56,455 nucleotides of DNA from a virus. Its lineage: Duplodnaviria > Caudoviricetes. Where the stretch lies: positions 1-56,455 of the IMG/VR virus record IMGVR_UViG_3300035660_000010; one strand, given 5' to 3'. The notes beneath the pieces were generated by a model. The model was not told the DNA's origin. It did no database searches and saw only the letters and a list, made by a program, of their open reading frames with translations. Below, one piece after another: positions 29,437 through 39,022 of this stretch (its first letter is position 1; every line of letters starts with the position of its first letter). The translations under genes were made by a program, and so were the position numbers.

Positions 29437-30840
29437 TTATTTAGATTCCCAAGGAAAAATTATCCATTTTTTAGGATGTTCATTTATATATATTATACCA
29501 TCCTCATTCGGTAGCCCAAATAAAACGACAGGATGGATTGGAGCACTTTTGAAACGGAATTGTAAAAAGGATACTACCTTTTTCATCGTAAGTCCAGAAC
29601 TTATAAGATCATCAACTACAAAAATAGGAGTATTTGACCTTATTTTCGGCTTTACTTGAAGTTCTACCTTATGATCATCTGCATCATATCTTTGATACTT
29701 TACTACACCCATGGAACATTCCAAAATATTTGAGATATGTGCTGCTGGTACAAGTCCTCCCCGTGATATGCCATAAACACACAACTCTTCATAACCAAAA
29801 GAACGAATGCTATTAGCTAATTTTCGAAGATCTCGTCCATAATCTTCCCAGGTGTAGATATACCGACTCTTTCGATAGTTTTTTATTAAACTCATTAAAA
29901 ATGAATCAGGATTTTTGATGATATGCGGAATACGAATTAATCCAACATTATTTTTTTCACAATACTCCTCTTTTACTCTATCTCTTTCTATAGTCTCTTG
30001 GTACGCTTTTCGCGCCTCCTCTATTGTTTGACTACCAAATTTAACTGGCTGAGTATGTTGAATACCATCATATTCTATACATAAATTATGCTCTGGCAAG
30101 TACAAATCAAAGCGTAAGGGTCTTTGAACACAACATTCTGGAAAGATTTTTTCAGTTTCATATACTACTTCATGTCTATCAAGTAAATTCATTATATCTT
30201 TAACGGCTTGAGAGGTAGAATGACAAATGGAACATCCACAGCCTCTAAGATGGCAATCAGGACTTTGTTCAAAAATACCATGAACTGGACATATGATTTG
30301 TACCTTTTCATGAGCATTCTTGTATTTTACTAATTCATAATTGTATTTAAATTGATGTTTTTGATTTGCTTCATCAATAAATTGCTGTCGTGGCTTTCTT
30401 TTGGTTTCAGAAATACGAGCACCCTTACAATGACCACAACCCATTCCTTGCTTCATATGTTCATGAGCCAACACCTCAACAATACCATGCTCTGGACAAA
30501 TAATCTTGATTTTACTACATTTGCCCATTCTAAATACTGCTGGAAGCAGCGAATAATCGTAGTAGTCTCCATTCTTTTCACGACAACGCCTTATAAATTC
30601 TTCTCTACCCTCCTTGCCCTTTACTCTCAGCTTTTTTTTACACCTTAGGCAACGCTTTGCATCACTATTTTTATCGCTATTTTTACTGTATAAAAATGGA
30701 GTTGTAATGAATTCTTCCTTACACTCACTACAGCGAAACTTCACAAGAGAATGTTGCCCCTGATAACCCTCAAAAGATGTACATAAATTGGTACCTGCCA
30801 ACTTTTGAAGACCTTCAAAACCCTGTTTCTTACTCGGCAT
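29437..30840 (-). CDS. Zn-finger-repeat PD-(D/E)XK homing-type endonuclease fused to a type I phosphoribosyltransferase
   Basis: ICP.HG...H..G.GC..C repeats, RFDLYL...IEYDGIQH; then GISRGGLVPA, VVDDLISSGLT, WIIFPWE. Confidence 0.8.
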   Translation of the reverse strand: MPSKKQGFEGLQKLAGTNLCTSFEGYQGQHSLVKFRCSECKEEFITTPFLYSKNSDKNSDAKRCLRCKKKLRVKGKEGREEFIRRCREKNGDYYDYSLLPAVFRMGKCSKIKIICPEHGIVEVLAHEHMKQGMGCGHCKGARISETKRKPRQQFIDEANQKHQFKYNYELVKYKNAHEKVQIICPVHGIFEQSPDCHLRGCGCSICHSTSQAVKDIMNLLDRHEVVYETEKIFPECCVQRPLRFDLYLPEHNLCIEYDGIQHTQPVKFGSQTIEEARKAYQETIERDRVKEEYCEKNNVGLIRIPHIIKNPDSFLMSLIKNYRKSRYIYTWEDYGRDLRKLANSIRSFGYEELCVYGISRGGLVPAAHISNILECSMGVVKYQRYDADDHKVELQVKPKIRSNTPIFVVDDLISSGLTMKKVVSFLQFRFKSAPIHPVVLFGLPNEDGIIYINEHPKKWIIFPWESK

Positions 30841-30852
30841 TATATTTCCTTT

Positions 30853-31626
30853 TTAAAACTCAAAAGCATTTACATCGAAATCAAAATTGCAGCTACCTCT
30901 CTCTTGAGTACAAGGAACAAAGAAATCGCAATACTGACACAGCTTAGATGGCTTAGGCTCCCAAGTTGTATCGTTTCCAATTAAGTCAACTACCTCTTCT
31001 ACTTCTGTTAGAATCCCCTCCAATTCATCCTCTCGAAAAACATATGGTATTTCTCTCATGTCTTGACGCAAAAGAACGTAAGCTGTTTCCACATCCTTAT
31101 TACCATATTGTTCTTTTAAAGAACCATACTTAACACCTATATGATAAACTCCTAACTGCATGGCCGTTAAGTAATCAGGATTCTTGGTAGTTTTATAATC
31201 GATGATCTTAATCTTGGTTGAACTGATTGTATCTATTCTATCAATACGCCCAGTTACTTCAAGTTTGCGATATCTAAAACTAACCTTTTCCTCCGCTGCA
31301 ATTGGCTGAAATTGCCTTGCTTCATAATCAATTACGGCTTGCCGGAGCCACGGCTTAATCTCTTCAAGAAACTTGCTCACTTTTCCATTGAACTCATTTA
31401 GGACAAATGTATCCCTGTAAGCAGCCAACATACCTTCTCTGGGATTCTCACCCCTAATTAAACGGCATACCCAGTTATCGAGAACATAGTGTACAAAGTT
31501 GCCCTTGATTAGTTGTGGCCAAAAATCAAACACAGGTAACTTTTTAATGTACCTGTAGTAATACTTTCGTGGGCATTGTTTGTATGTCGTTACTCGTGAC
31601 ACACTTGTTTTTGTCTTACTATCCAT
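30853..31626 (-). CDS. RecB/Cas4-like PD-(D/E)XK exonuclease
   Basis: CPRKYYY, G..VH, GRIDRID, IIDYKT, QL..Y, CQYCDF..PC. Confidence 0.88.
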   Translation of the reverse strand: MDSKTKTSVSRVTTYKQCPRKYYYRYIKKLPVFDFWPQLIKGNFVHYVLDNWVCRLIRGENPREGMLAAYRDTFVLNEFNGKVSKFLEEIKPWLRQAVIDYEARQFQPIAAEEKVSFRYRKLEVTGRIDRIDTISSTKIKIIDYKTTKNPDYLTAMQLGVYHIGVKYGSLKEQYGNKDVETAYVLLRQDMREIPYVFREDELEGILTEVEEVVDLIGNDTTWEPKPSKLCQYCDFFVPCTQERGSCNFDFDVNAFEF

Positions 31627-31636
31627 TACATTATTT

Positions 31637-31861
31637 CTATGTTAATGTTATTGTCCCCAAAGTTTGCTGTGCAGTACTCAATGTCCTTGCTACAGTTACA
31701 ACCTTAATTGTGATTGTTCCATTTGGATTGAATTCATAGGTAACTGCGATATCGCCTCTGGCTGAATTATTAACCGAACTCAACTGGGCTTGAATTGCAG
31801 TATCCATAGCATCAATAACTTGTTGGAACACCGTATTTTGACTCAGTGGTGTGCTCGCCAT
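31637..31861 (-). CDS. Hypothetical protein
   Basis: 74-aa ORF with GGAG SD. Confidence 0.6.
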   Translation of the reverse strand: MASTPLSQNTVFQQVIDAMDTAIQAQLSSVNNSARGDIAVTYEFNPNGTITIKVVTVARTLSTAQQTLGTITLT

Positions 31862-31870
31862 TTCAAACTC

Positions 31871-32488
31871 CTATCTAATACCAGTAAAGAATTCACCGAT
31901 AGTATCGTGAGCCCCCGAAATACCTGATCGACCATCCCATATTCTATCGGAAATAAAACGAGGACGCCCAATTTGTTCAATCTTCTGTCTATTCCGCACA
32001 TATCTATTTCCACGCGACTTATAATAATAATTTGGACTCGTTGTATATTGCTGTGCAGGAGGCTGAGGAAATGTAACATCCTTTCGTAATCTCGTTACCA
32101 TACGTATCCATGTAAGATGCTTGCGATCAAAATGATAAGTAACTAAAATGTTGTGTATCGGATCGATAATGGGCCTCATCAATGTAAGCCCATCTCCGTG
32201 TGGTGGTACATAATAGTTTTGGGGAACATCATCGGCCGAATCAATAGTTATATCTTGCGCATCTGGAGAATAGTAGGTATAGTCGCCTTGTTCTACAAAG
32301 GAATAATCGGTACCCACCTCAAAGCCGCGATCAAATCGAATATGCCGTGGTCCAAATTGCCTATCATCGTGGTAAGTAGAACCAGCGGGCCATCCTTGTG
32401 GAATTTTAGTAAGTAAGGTGGGGTCACGCAAATAACTTATATTCCTATGTGGAATATTAATCGACCCCGGGTCCTTGATAACCATCAT
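31871..32488 (-). CDS. Hypothetical protein
   Basis: 205-aa ORF, first gene after the putative promoter. Confidence 0.65.
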   Translation of the reverse strand: MMVIKDPGSINIPHRNISYLRDPTLLTKIPQGWPAGSTYHDDRQFGPRHIRFDRGFEVGTDYSFVEQGDYTYYSPDAQDITIDSADDVPQNYYVPPHGDGLTLMRPIIDPIHNILVTYHFDRKHLTWIRMVTRLRKDVTFPQPPAQQYTTSPNYYYKSRGNRYVRNRQKIEQIGRPRFISDRIWDGRSGISGAHDTIGEFFTGIR

Positions 32489-32520
32489 TATCTCCTTTGT
32501 TTAGAATAACAAACCATCCT

Positions 32521-32542
32521 ATTATAGGATGGAATATCGATA
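32521..32542 (-). promoter_or_regulatory. Putative phage promoter TATCGATA-N8-TATAAT
   Basis: Intergenic copy of the recurrent motif. Confidence 0.6.
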
Positions 32543-32549
32543 GATTTTG

Positions 32550-34742
32550 TTACTTTTTAGATACAAAAGAGCCTGCTGATGTTTTATTTACAACCAATAT
32601 GTCTCTAAATTGATTTTTCAACTCACTTGAATGTGAAATAATAAGCTGATGACGAAAATCTGCAGACAGCAGCTTGAACACCTCTACCATCTTGTCGATA
32701 CCATCATCATCCAAGTCTTGGAATGCCTCATCATAAAAGATGGCTCCCACTCTAACACCTGCCCGTCTGGATAGTAAAATGCTGAGAGCTACTCGAACCA
32801 CAAAGGCAATTCTGAACTTTTCCCCACCGCTGTACATATTGAAGGGGCTTGAATGGTACTCATCAGTTACTATAATATCAAAGACCTCTCTAAGTGAGCC
32901 ATCTTGATTAGGTCGTTGAGTTTGAATCTGAATGCTGATACTGCCATTTGTCAATTTAGTCAGTAGGTCATTGGCTATTTTTTCAATTTCGATGGCACTA
33001 TTTTCCAAAATAAGTGCCTGAATGCCAGTTTTACCGAAGGCATTCATTAACTCCTTTTCAACACGTCTTTCCTGGTCAAGTCTAACCCGTTGTTCCTTCA
33101 GGACCTCTACTTTCTTTAGAATTTTTTGCTGATGCTCCACTCTTTCCTGTAAACCACCTATCTTTCTTTGCAACTCATTCATGGCTCTTTGTTCTGTCTC
33201 AAGTTCACCATTTTTATCCAAAACCCGACGAGACAGCTCTTTGAATCTTATTTCGTCTACTTCACCAAAGGCTTCCACTCTTTCAAGACAACGAGCCAAC
33301 TCTTCCTGAGTTGCTGCTAATGTGTCAATACCACTCTTTTTTAGTACCTGGTTGTCTTCCAGAGTTCTGGTTTGTGTCTCAAGATTGGTTCTTTCAACAC
33401 CAACAACCTCCATTAGTGTACGGCCCTCTTGTTGAAGCCTATTGAATGCCTCCCTTTTTATTTGTGCCCCTGCATGATGTTCCTCGGCTGTCTCAAGAGC
33501 TACCCTGACCTCCTTCAAAAGCTCCTTACCTTTAGTATACTTTTCGTTAAGCTTTTGCAGCTTTGCCTCAAACATCCCCAGAGCAGCTTGCTTACCATTG
33601 GCAGTAATGGGCTGATAGCAATTAGGACAAAGTCCCTCATCATTCTTTACTCGATCACTTTCTCCATGAAGCTCTTTGATCTGATTTCCAAGAGATTCAA
33701 CTTCAACAAATAAAGCTGTTTTTCTTTCTGTCAGGTCCTTTACCCTTGTACTCCACTCATCAATCTCTCTCTTGAGCACAGATGGTTCTCCACGTTCTTG
33801 CTTGATTTGCATGATCCTATCTTGTTTCTGCTTGAGGGACAACTTGATTTTCTCGATGCCTATTTCATATCGTTTAATTGATTCATTCAGATCTCGAAGA
33901 TCGGCTGCACTCTTCTGTACACGAGCCTTAATCTTGCTACACTGCTCCAACAGGTCTTGGACTGATTTGATTTTTCTGCCCTCTTCACCCTGTTCATTCC
34001 GCAACTTTTCCACAACGCTTTTGATAGCTTCAATCTTCTTTTGATAAATCTCTATTTTTTCTTTTGTAAATTGAATCTCCTGTTCTGCCTCTATCTTCTC
34101 TTTGCCAATGGAACTGTTATTCTGCAAAAAGGTGTCGTCCTCCACCGCTTGTTCATTTAGTTTTTCCAACTTCTTCTTGGCTTCAGACATATAATCATCA
34201 TAGTGATTTAACTGCAAGATTTGTGTAACAACCTCTTTTCTATCTCCTGGTGTCATTTCTGCAAATGCAGCTGCCTCGTGTTGTTTTAAAAGAACACTAC
34301 TTTCAAAGACATCATGATCCATACCAATAGTTTTAATAATCTGTGCTTTTGTTTCTCCCTTTTTATCGGCTGCAACCGATCGCCACTTACCCCCACTTTG
34401 CACTTCGAAGGATAGGTCGCCCTTTTTCTTCTTTCTATCCCGTGAACGCATCACTCTATAAAGATCTTCTCCAATACGAAACTGGAACTCGACTTCACAC
34501 TTTTCTACCTTGCCACGCACCACACTATCTATATTAGTGCTATCGCTTCCACTTGCTCGACTCTTTTCATATAGAACCCATGTGATACCATCGAATAATG
34601 TAGACTTTCCTGCTCCATTAGAGCGCTTAGGATCTCCATTCTTCATGCCTACGATAAGAGTAACAGGATCAAGTTCATCGAACCTGATCTCGCTATTCAC
34701 ATGTGACATAAAATTTGTAAGTCGTAAATATACTGGAATCAC
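32550..34742 (-). CDS. sbcC: SbcC/Rad50-like SMC ATPase
   Basis: NGAGKS Walker A, coiled coil, CPNC hook, YSGGE signature, FYDE Walker B, ISH. Confidence 0.93.
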   Translation of the reverse strand: MIPVYLRLTNFMSHVNSEIRFDELDPVTLIVGMKNGDPKRSNGAGKSTLFDGITWVLYEKSRASGSDSTNIDSVVRGKVEKCEVEFQFRIGEDLYRVMRSRDRKKKKGDLSFEVQSGGKWRSVAADKKGETKAQIIKTIGMDHDVFESSVLLKQHEAAAFAEMTPGDRKEVVTQILQLNHYDDYMSEAKKKLEKLNEQAVEDDTFLQNNSSIGKEKIEAEQEIQFTKEKIEIYQKKIEAIKSVVEKLRNEQGEEGRKIKSVQDLLEQCSKIKARVQKSAADLRDLNESIKRYEIGIEKIKLSLKQKQDRIMQIKQERGEPSVLKREIDEWSTRVKDLTERKTALFVEVESLGNQIKELHGESDRVKNDEGLCPNCYQPITANGKQAALGMFEAKLQKLNEKYTKGKELLKEVRVALETAEEHHAGAQIKREAFNRLQQEGRTLMEVVGVERTNLETQTRTLEDNQVLKKSGIDTLAATQEELARCLERVEAFGEVDEIRFKELSRRVLDKNGELETEQRAMNELQRKIGGLQERVEHQQKILKKVEVLKEQRVRLDQERRVEKELMNAFGKTGIQALILENSAIEIEKIANDLLTKLTNGSISIQIQTQRPNQDGSLREVFDIIVTDEYHSSPFNMYSGGEKFRIAFVVRVALSILLSRRAGVRVGAIFYDEAFQDLDDDGIDKMVEVFKLLSADFRHQLIISHSSELKNQFRDILVVNKTSAGSFVSKK

Positions 34743-35293
34743 TTCTTTTTACGTTCCTCTTGTAATTTTACAATAGTTTCTTTCATAAACCTATATGCTT
34801 CATCATGGGTGGTCATTCCATGATACACAGAACCCGAAACTTCTCGAGCAAAAAACTCATAATCTTCATCCGTATATGTTTCACCCGCTGCCATTTCCGC
34901 TCTCCACTCTACTTCATAAGCTACCTTTTCTTCCTCCCATCTAAATATAGTACTGGTAAAATAACAAATCATCCAGAAAGCCACACCAGCACGTAGCTGC
35001 CGAGAGGTGTGCATGGATTCATGAATTATCAAGGATCGAAGCCTGGTCGCTACTCTATTCTCCACAGACAGCTTCCACATTCTTTCATCTACATACATGG
35101 TTTCACCTATGGTCGCATAAGTACTATCCTTCATGCATACGCGCCAAATTTTCCCTTTGAATCGAATCTCCTTCACAGCTGCATTTTTCATCATTTCTTG
35201 GACAAAAGGATCATTCATATTGTCGGCAGGTCGAGAAAATAGTCGACAACCACAAAAAAGAGAAACAAGCATCAAAAGAATAAGTAAGCGCAT
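34739..35293 (-). CDS. Putative lipoprotein with HExxH metallopeptidase motif
   Basis: Signal peptide with LFCG-C lipobox; IIHESMH...EE..AY. Confidence 0.6.
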   Translation of the reverse strand: MRLLILLMLVSLFCGCRLFSRPADNMNDPFVQEMMKNAAVKEIRFKGKIWRVCMKDSTYATIGETMYVDERMWKLSVENRVATRLRSLIIHESMHTSRQLRAGVAFWMICYFTSTIFRWEEEKVAYEVEWRAEMAAGETYTDEDYEFFAREVSGSVYHGMTTHDEAYRFMKETIVKLQEERKKK

Positions 35294-35901
35294 TAGCCCG
35301 GCCTCTTGTGTGTAGATGTCATATAAACCAGGGCTGTCTCGACCATAGGTGTACCAATATGATCGATGATACCAAACTTTTTAGCTCCTTGGGCGCTCAG
35401 CCACAACTCGCGACCTTCATGTTCCTTGATCATCTTACGAAGAGCAACATATCCTCCTTTGATGCCACAGTTTTTTGCTAAAAGACCCATAATATACTTG
35501 TTCAATCTTTGGGATTCTTTGGCATCATTGAACATGTCATGAACATCTCCACAGGTAAAACTTGATACTTCATGAACCATTATGCGGCTGTGCTGACCAC
35601 AGAAACGCTGATCGCCATGAGACAACAGAACGGCACCACAACTCATAGCCTTGCCCATACACACTGTGTAAATAGGATTAGGTACTTCATCCATTGTCTC
35701 AATCATAGAGACGAGTGAATCGGCATATCCACCATAACTGTCAATATAAACAATCAGTGGATGGCTACAGTTCGGTGCCTCTCGAACCTTTTGAATCACT
35801 TGCTCACGAAACTTTTGAGAAGATTCTTCATCAAATTTATGAATCCAAATTTCATCTCCAACTCCAGCTCTTCTTTCCTTCGGGGGGGTATCATCAACCA
35901 T
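35293..35901 (-). CDS. clpP: ClpP-like protease
   Basis: YIDSYGG, GKAMSCGA (Ser), RIMVHE (His), WLSA..A..FGIID; start moved to ATG 35901 (GAGG SD). Confidence 0.88.
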   Translation of the reverse strand: MVDDTPPKERRAGVGDEIWIHKFDEESSQKFREQVIQKVREAPNCSHPLIVYIDSYGGYADSLVSMIETMDEVPNPIYTVCMGKAMSCGAVLLSHGDQRFCGQHSRIMVHEVSSFTCGDVHDMFNDAKESQRLNKYIMGLLAKNCGIKGGYVALRKMIKEHEGRELWLSAQGAKKFGIIDHIGTPMVETALVYMTSTHKRPG

Positions 35902-35920
35902 TATCCACCTCTTTCTGGAT

Positions 35921-35974
35921 AAAAAGGGGAGATAGCAACACCGCGTTACCAGAACGCAACTTGCTACCTCCCCT
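35921..35974 (-). terminator. Long-stem intrinsic terminator after folE2
   Basis: AGGGGAGGTAGCAA...TTGCTATCTCCCCT followed by TTTT. Confidence 0.75.
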
Positions 35975-35989
35975 CGCTTCTTTCGCTTA

Positions 35990-36871
35990 CTATGGAATAT
36001 ATATTTCACCACCACGCTTCACACAAACCGCATCATACTGATGGATTGATTCGTGGTGTTCAGTTACAAAACAAAAACCATTGATTCTCTTCACCCATTC
36101 TTCTTGCTGAAGAATAAGAGCAACATCACGAGCAACATCCTCCACAAACTTGGGATTACGATATGATGCTTCCGTTACATACTGCTCATCAGGTCTCTTA
36201 AGAGCATTATAAATAGGACAACTTGCACAGCTCTCAATAATGCTAATCAAATCTTCCAACCAAACAAAACTGTCGGGATCACTTAAATCAACATCCTTCA
36301 AACTAACAGTTAGGGTGCCCGTACTTCTCTGATTGTGAGCACCCTTACCATAAACCTCACCCTTCTCATCCGTTCCCATTGCAGACATCTGTCTTGAACA
36401 GGGGCATAACGACATATACTGAACACTAACTGTTACGAAAAGGCGCAAGCCATCACGAAATGTATCGCGTCCATCAAGAATGGCAGGATACTTTGAATAA
36501 GATTCAACACCCGATACTGGTGCCTTCTTCTTCAAAAAGAAAGGAAACTTGGCTGTAACATAACTCTCAGTTGAACCAAGCCGATTCTTACAAGCTGCTA
36601 ACATATCCTTGATCGCGTGAATACTAATATGTCCCTTAGCTAACGCCTTGCTTACTACCTGCGAATAACGACTCATATTCGCACCCTTTACCTCTTCATT
36701 CAAGGAAGTGTAAAGACTAACCTTTCCTGCCGTTTGCTGAGCACCATTATCTTTTGTTAGAACTGTAAAGGGAAGTTCGTACCCCTTGATTCCTACTTTA
36801 TCAAGTGGAACACCACGAGTATCCTGTTGATTCTGCAAATCTGGCAGAGGAGAACTTACATCTGGTATCAT
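35990..36871 (-). CDS. folE2: GTP cyclohydrolase I type B
   Basis: LPDLQ, KVGIK, KGANMSR, SLCPCS, AHNQRS, LKRPDE, NPKFVED, ESIH. Confidence 0.95.
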   Translation of the reverse strand: MIPDVSSPLPDLQNQQDTRGVPLDKVGIKGYELPFTVLTKDNGAQQTAGKVSLYTSLNEEVKGANMSRYSQVVSKALAKGHISIHAIKDMLAACKNRLGSTESYVTAKFPFFLKKKAPVSGVESYSKYPAILDGRDTFRDGLRLFVTVSVQYMSLCPCSRQMSAMGTDEKGEVYGKGAHNQRSTGTLTVSLKDVDLSDPDSFVWLEDLISIIESCASCPIYNALKRPDEQYVTEASYRNPKFVEDVARDVALILQQEEWVKRINGFCFVTEHHESIHQYDAVCVKRGGEIYIP

Positions 36872-36872
36872 A

Positions 36873-37424
36873 TTAAAATCCTTTATCTTCTAACTCTTCT
36901 GGCTTACGAGGATCAAATATAATCTCACCATCATGATCGACAAGCTTCAGCTTGTGCTTTTCGAATATCTCACGAATCCCAAGAATGTCACCACGATCTC
37001 TTAGCACCTTTGCAATTTCTACAAGAATCAATTCAAGAGAAGGAGGTGGGGACTTTACGATCCTATTTCCCTTCTCATCCTTCTCCTCAACGGGGAGTGG
37101 AATGGAGGGATATGGGAAACCACCACCGATTGATGGAAGATAGGTGGTAGGTGGTGCGTAAGGTGGATAACCAGGGGTGGTATAGGGTGGATCACCAATC
37201 GTAATGGTATTAGGAAGAACCCATATTGGTCCAGTGTTATCACTTGCACTACCACCAGCACCCGGTATCCATGTGATACCATTTGAATTTTGAAGGTCAT
37301 ATAAAGAACAACTGCTAAAAACTATCTTGTTTCCATTTTGATCCACGCTCATCTGCATTGGATTACCTATCTGTTGTCCATCAGAGACCCAACAGACATT
37401 TATAAGATTTTCTAAACTATCCAT
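36873..37424 (-). CDS. Hypothetical Pro-rich protein
   Basis: ORF; TAATG coupling. Confidence 0.6.
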   Translation of the reverse strand: MDSLENLINVCWVSDGQQIGNPMQMSVDQNGNKIVFSSCSLYDLQNSNGITWIPGAGGSASDNTGPIWVLPNTITIGDPPYTTPGYPPYAPPTTYLPSIGGGFPYPSIPLPVEEKDEKGNRIVKSPPPSLELILVEIAKVLRDRGDILGIREIFEKHKLKLVDHDGEIIFDPRKPEELEDKGF

Positions 37425-37687
37425 TACCACTCCTTCTTATTTAATCCTCGAACGATATCAGGATCTACATCTCCTGGAATCATAATATTATTTTTATTAC
37501 AAGCCTTTGCTATAACATCCCACACATTCAGACCACAACGATACGGGAGCTCTTCTGGGGAATGTACAGCTCCGCAGCAGCAAGGACCATCAAACAGGAC
37601 ATCACAAGGATCGGTACAGGCATTGCGTAATATGAGCTTATCCTGCACAAAATCACGGAATGCCTGCTTGATCGGGTCTTTATACAT
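37424..37687 (-). CDS. Cys-rich protein, W-tail family (LNKKEW*)
   Basis: Start MYKDP with GAGG SD; C..PC...CCCG..H. Confidence 0.65.
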   Translation of the reverse strand: MYKDPIKQAFRDFVQDKLILRNACTDPCDVLFDGPCCCGAVHSPEELPYRCGLNVWDVIAKACNKNNIMIPGDVDPDIVRGLNKKEW

Positions 37688-37946
37688 CAATATCAACCTC
37701 AAAATCCTCAATGGATGGTGGTGCAACCGGTCCCTCATGCTTTAACTTTACATGTATTTCACGCACAGAAATAGGTAAAGGCATTGGCAAAGGTTCATCC
37801 TTATGATGCTCCTTTATGTGGACCTCATAACGTATAACCCTTGCTCCACAATATGGACACTCACTGCAACACGGCATACAATGCACTATGTGAGGATTTC
37901 TATGACACTGACAACCACACTCATCAAAATTAATAGGCTTTGTCAT
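37680..37946 (-). CDS. Cys/His-rich hypothetical protein
   Basis: CGCQCH...HC.PCC.ECPYC. Confidence 0.6.
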   Translation of the reverse strand: MTKPINFDECGCQCHRNPHIVHCMPCCSECPYCGARVIRYEVHIKEHHKDEPLPMPLPISVREIHVKLKHEGPVAPPSIEDFEVDIDV

Positions 37947-37950
37947 TAGT

Positions 37951-38121
37951 CTACTCCCACAACTCTACGTTTTGAGATTTTTCATTATAATCGATCCTTT
38001 TTATCTTTGTTTCAACATAGTCAATAAAACCATAAAGTAAATCACTATTATTATATTGGAATACTACTTCTGCACTGGGTGGCATTTTCTGTAGTCTTTC
38101 AATAATTTCTACTACCTTCAT
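37951..38121 (-). CDS. Small hypothetical phage protein
   Basis: MKV.E.IE.LQ.MP..AEV pattern; GGAG SD. Confidence 0.6.
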   Translation of the reverse strand: MKVVEIIERLQKMPPSAEVVFQYNNSDLLYGFIDYVETKIKRIDYNEKSQNVELWE

Positions 38122-38123
38122 AT

Positions 38124-38894
38124 TTACACTCCTGATCTTTTTCCCCAAACAAGGATCTGTGTCCTCGTTATACCTCTAAACCCGTACTTTTTGCATACAT
38201 CATACAGAAATCGAGTTTTTTCTGGTAAATCTTCTCGACTATCCACCCCCGGCATCAAAATAACCTTTCTTGGGTCAATACCAAATGGTTCAAGGAATGT
38301 CTCTCTTATCTCCTGAATATCTTCTTCAAAGTTGATTACAAACTTAAACCAACTATTACGATGTTCATTGATCTGCTTTATTGCTTCTGGAACAATCCTA
38401 ATCACCTTTTTCATGCCCGAGTTGGCAAGCTTGGGACTCGTGTTTACCTGTTGGAATCTATCATAAAAGTTGTCAGGGCAGAAAATAGTACCATTTGTTT
38501 CGAGTTCATGGAACGACTCATTTTCTGGATACTTGTTGTTCCAAAACTCCAAAAAGCTTGTTATCCCTACCCTTACTATAACAGGTTCTCCCCCGGTCCA
38601 AACGAAGTTAGCAATACCATCTCGGAGCCAGTTGATCAATGGAACCCCATTCTTTTGTCCCTCTGCTCCAATCCGAGCAAAAAGTTCCTCGTTGGAGGTT
38701 TCAATCCCTTGGTTCAATAACATTTCTGTATCACAAAACCAACTGCATGGTTTACCTTCGATTGTCTTCCCAACCAGGCAACCCTTAGGACCTCCACAAT
38801 GGAGATTACAGTGGGAAACCCTGATAAAGAAAGCACATTGCCCTTGTGAGATGCCTTCACCCTGAACTGAAAAAAATGCTTCGCTAAGCTTCAT
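38124..38894 (-). CDS. queE: 7-carboxy-7-deazaguanine synthase (radical SAM)
   Basis: EAFFSVQGEG, FIR..CNL.C(insert)CSWFCDT, TGGEP, ETNGT, SPKL. Confidence 0.92.
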   Translation of the reverse strand: MKLSEAFFSVQGEGISQGQCAFFIRVSHCNLHCGGPKGCLVGKTIEGKPCSWFCDTEMLLNQGIETSNEELFARIGAEGQKNGVPLINWLRDGIANFVWTGGEPVIVRVGITSFLEFWNNKYPENESFHELETNGTIFCPDNFYDRFQQVNTSPKLANSGMKKVIRIVPEAIKQINEHRNSWFKFVINFEEDIQEIRETFLEPFGIDPRKVILMPGVDSREDLPEKTRFLYDVCKKYGFRGITRTQILVWGKRSGV

Positions 38895-38911
38895 AATTTC
38901 TCCTACTTGGC

Positions 38912-38964
38912 CTTTGGACTAGCACAAAGAAGCTCATTGGTAGGTTTTAGCGGGCTAGCACGCT
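38912..38964 (-). promoter_or_regulatory. Tandem preQ1-I-like hairpins in the queE leader
   Basis: AGCG-TGCTAGCC-CGCT-AAAACCTA and CTTTG-TGCTAGTC-CAAAG just before the AGGAG SD. Confidence 0.4.
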
Positions 38965-39022
38965 TGATTGCTTACATCATGTATCCGTATCGATACCTTT
39001 TGAGTCATGAAATGAAATGGCA

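Noticed and set aside
30853-31626. Cas4 as evidence of a CRISPR-Cas system
   Set aside because: Solo RecB/Cas4-like nucleases are common in phages; no array or other cas genes seen
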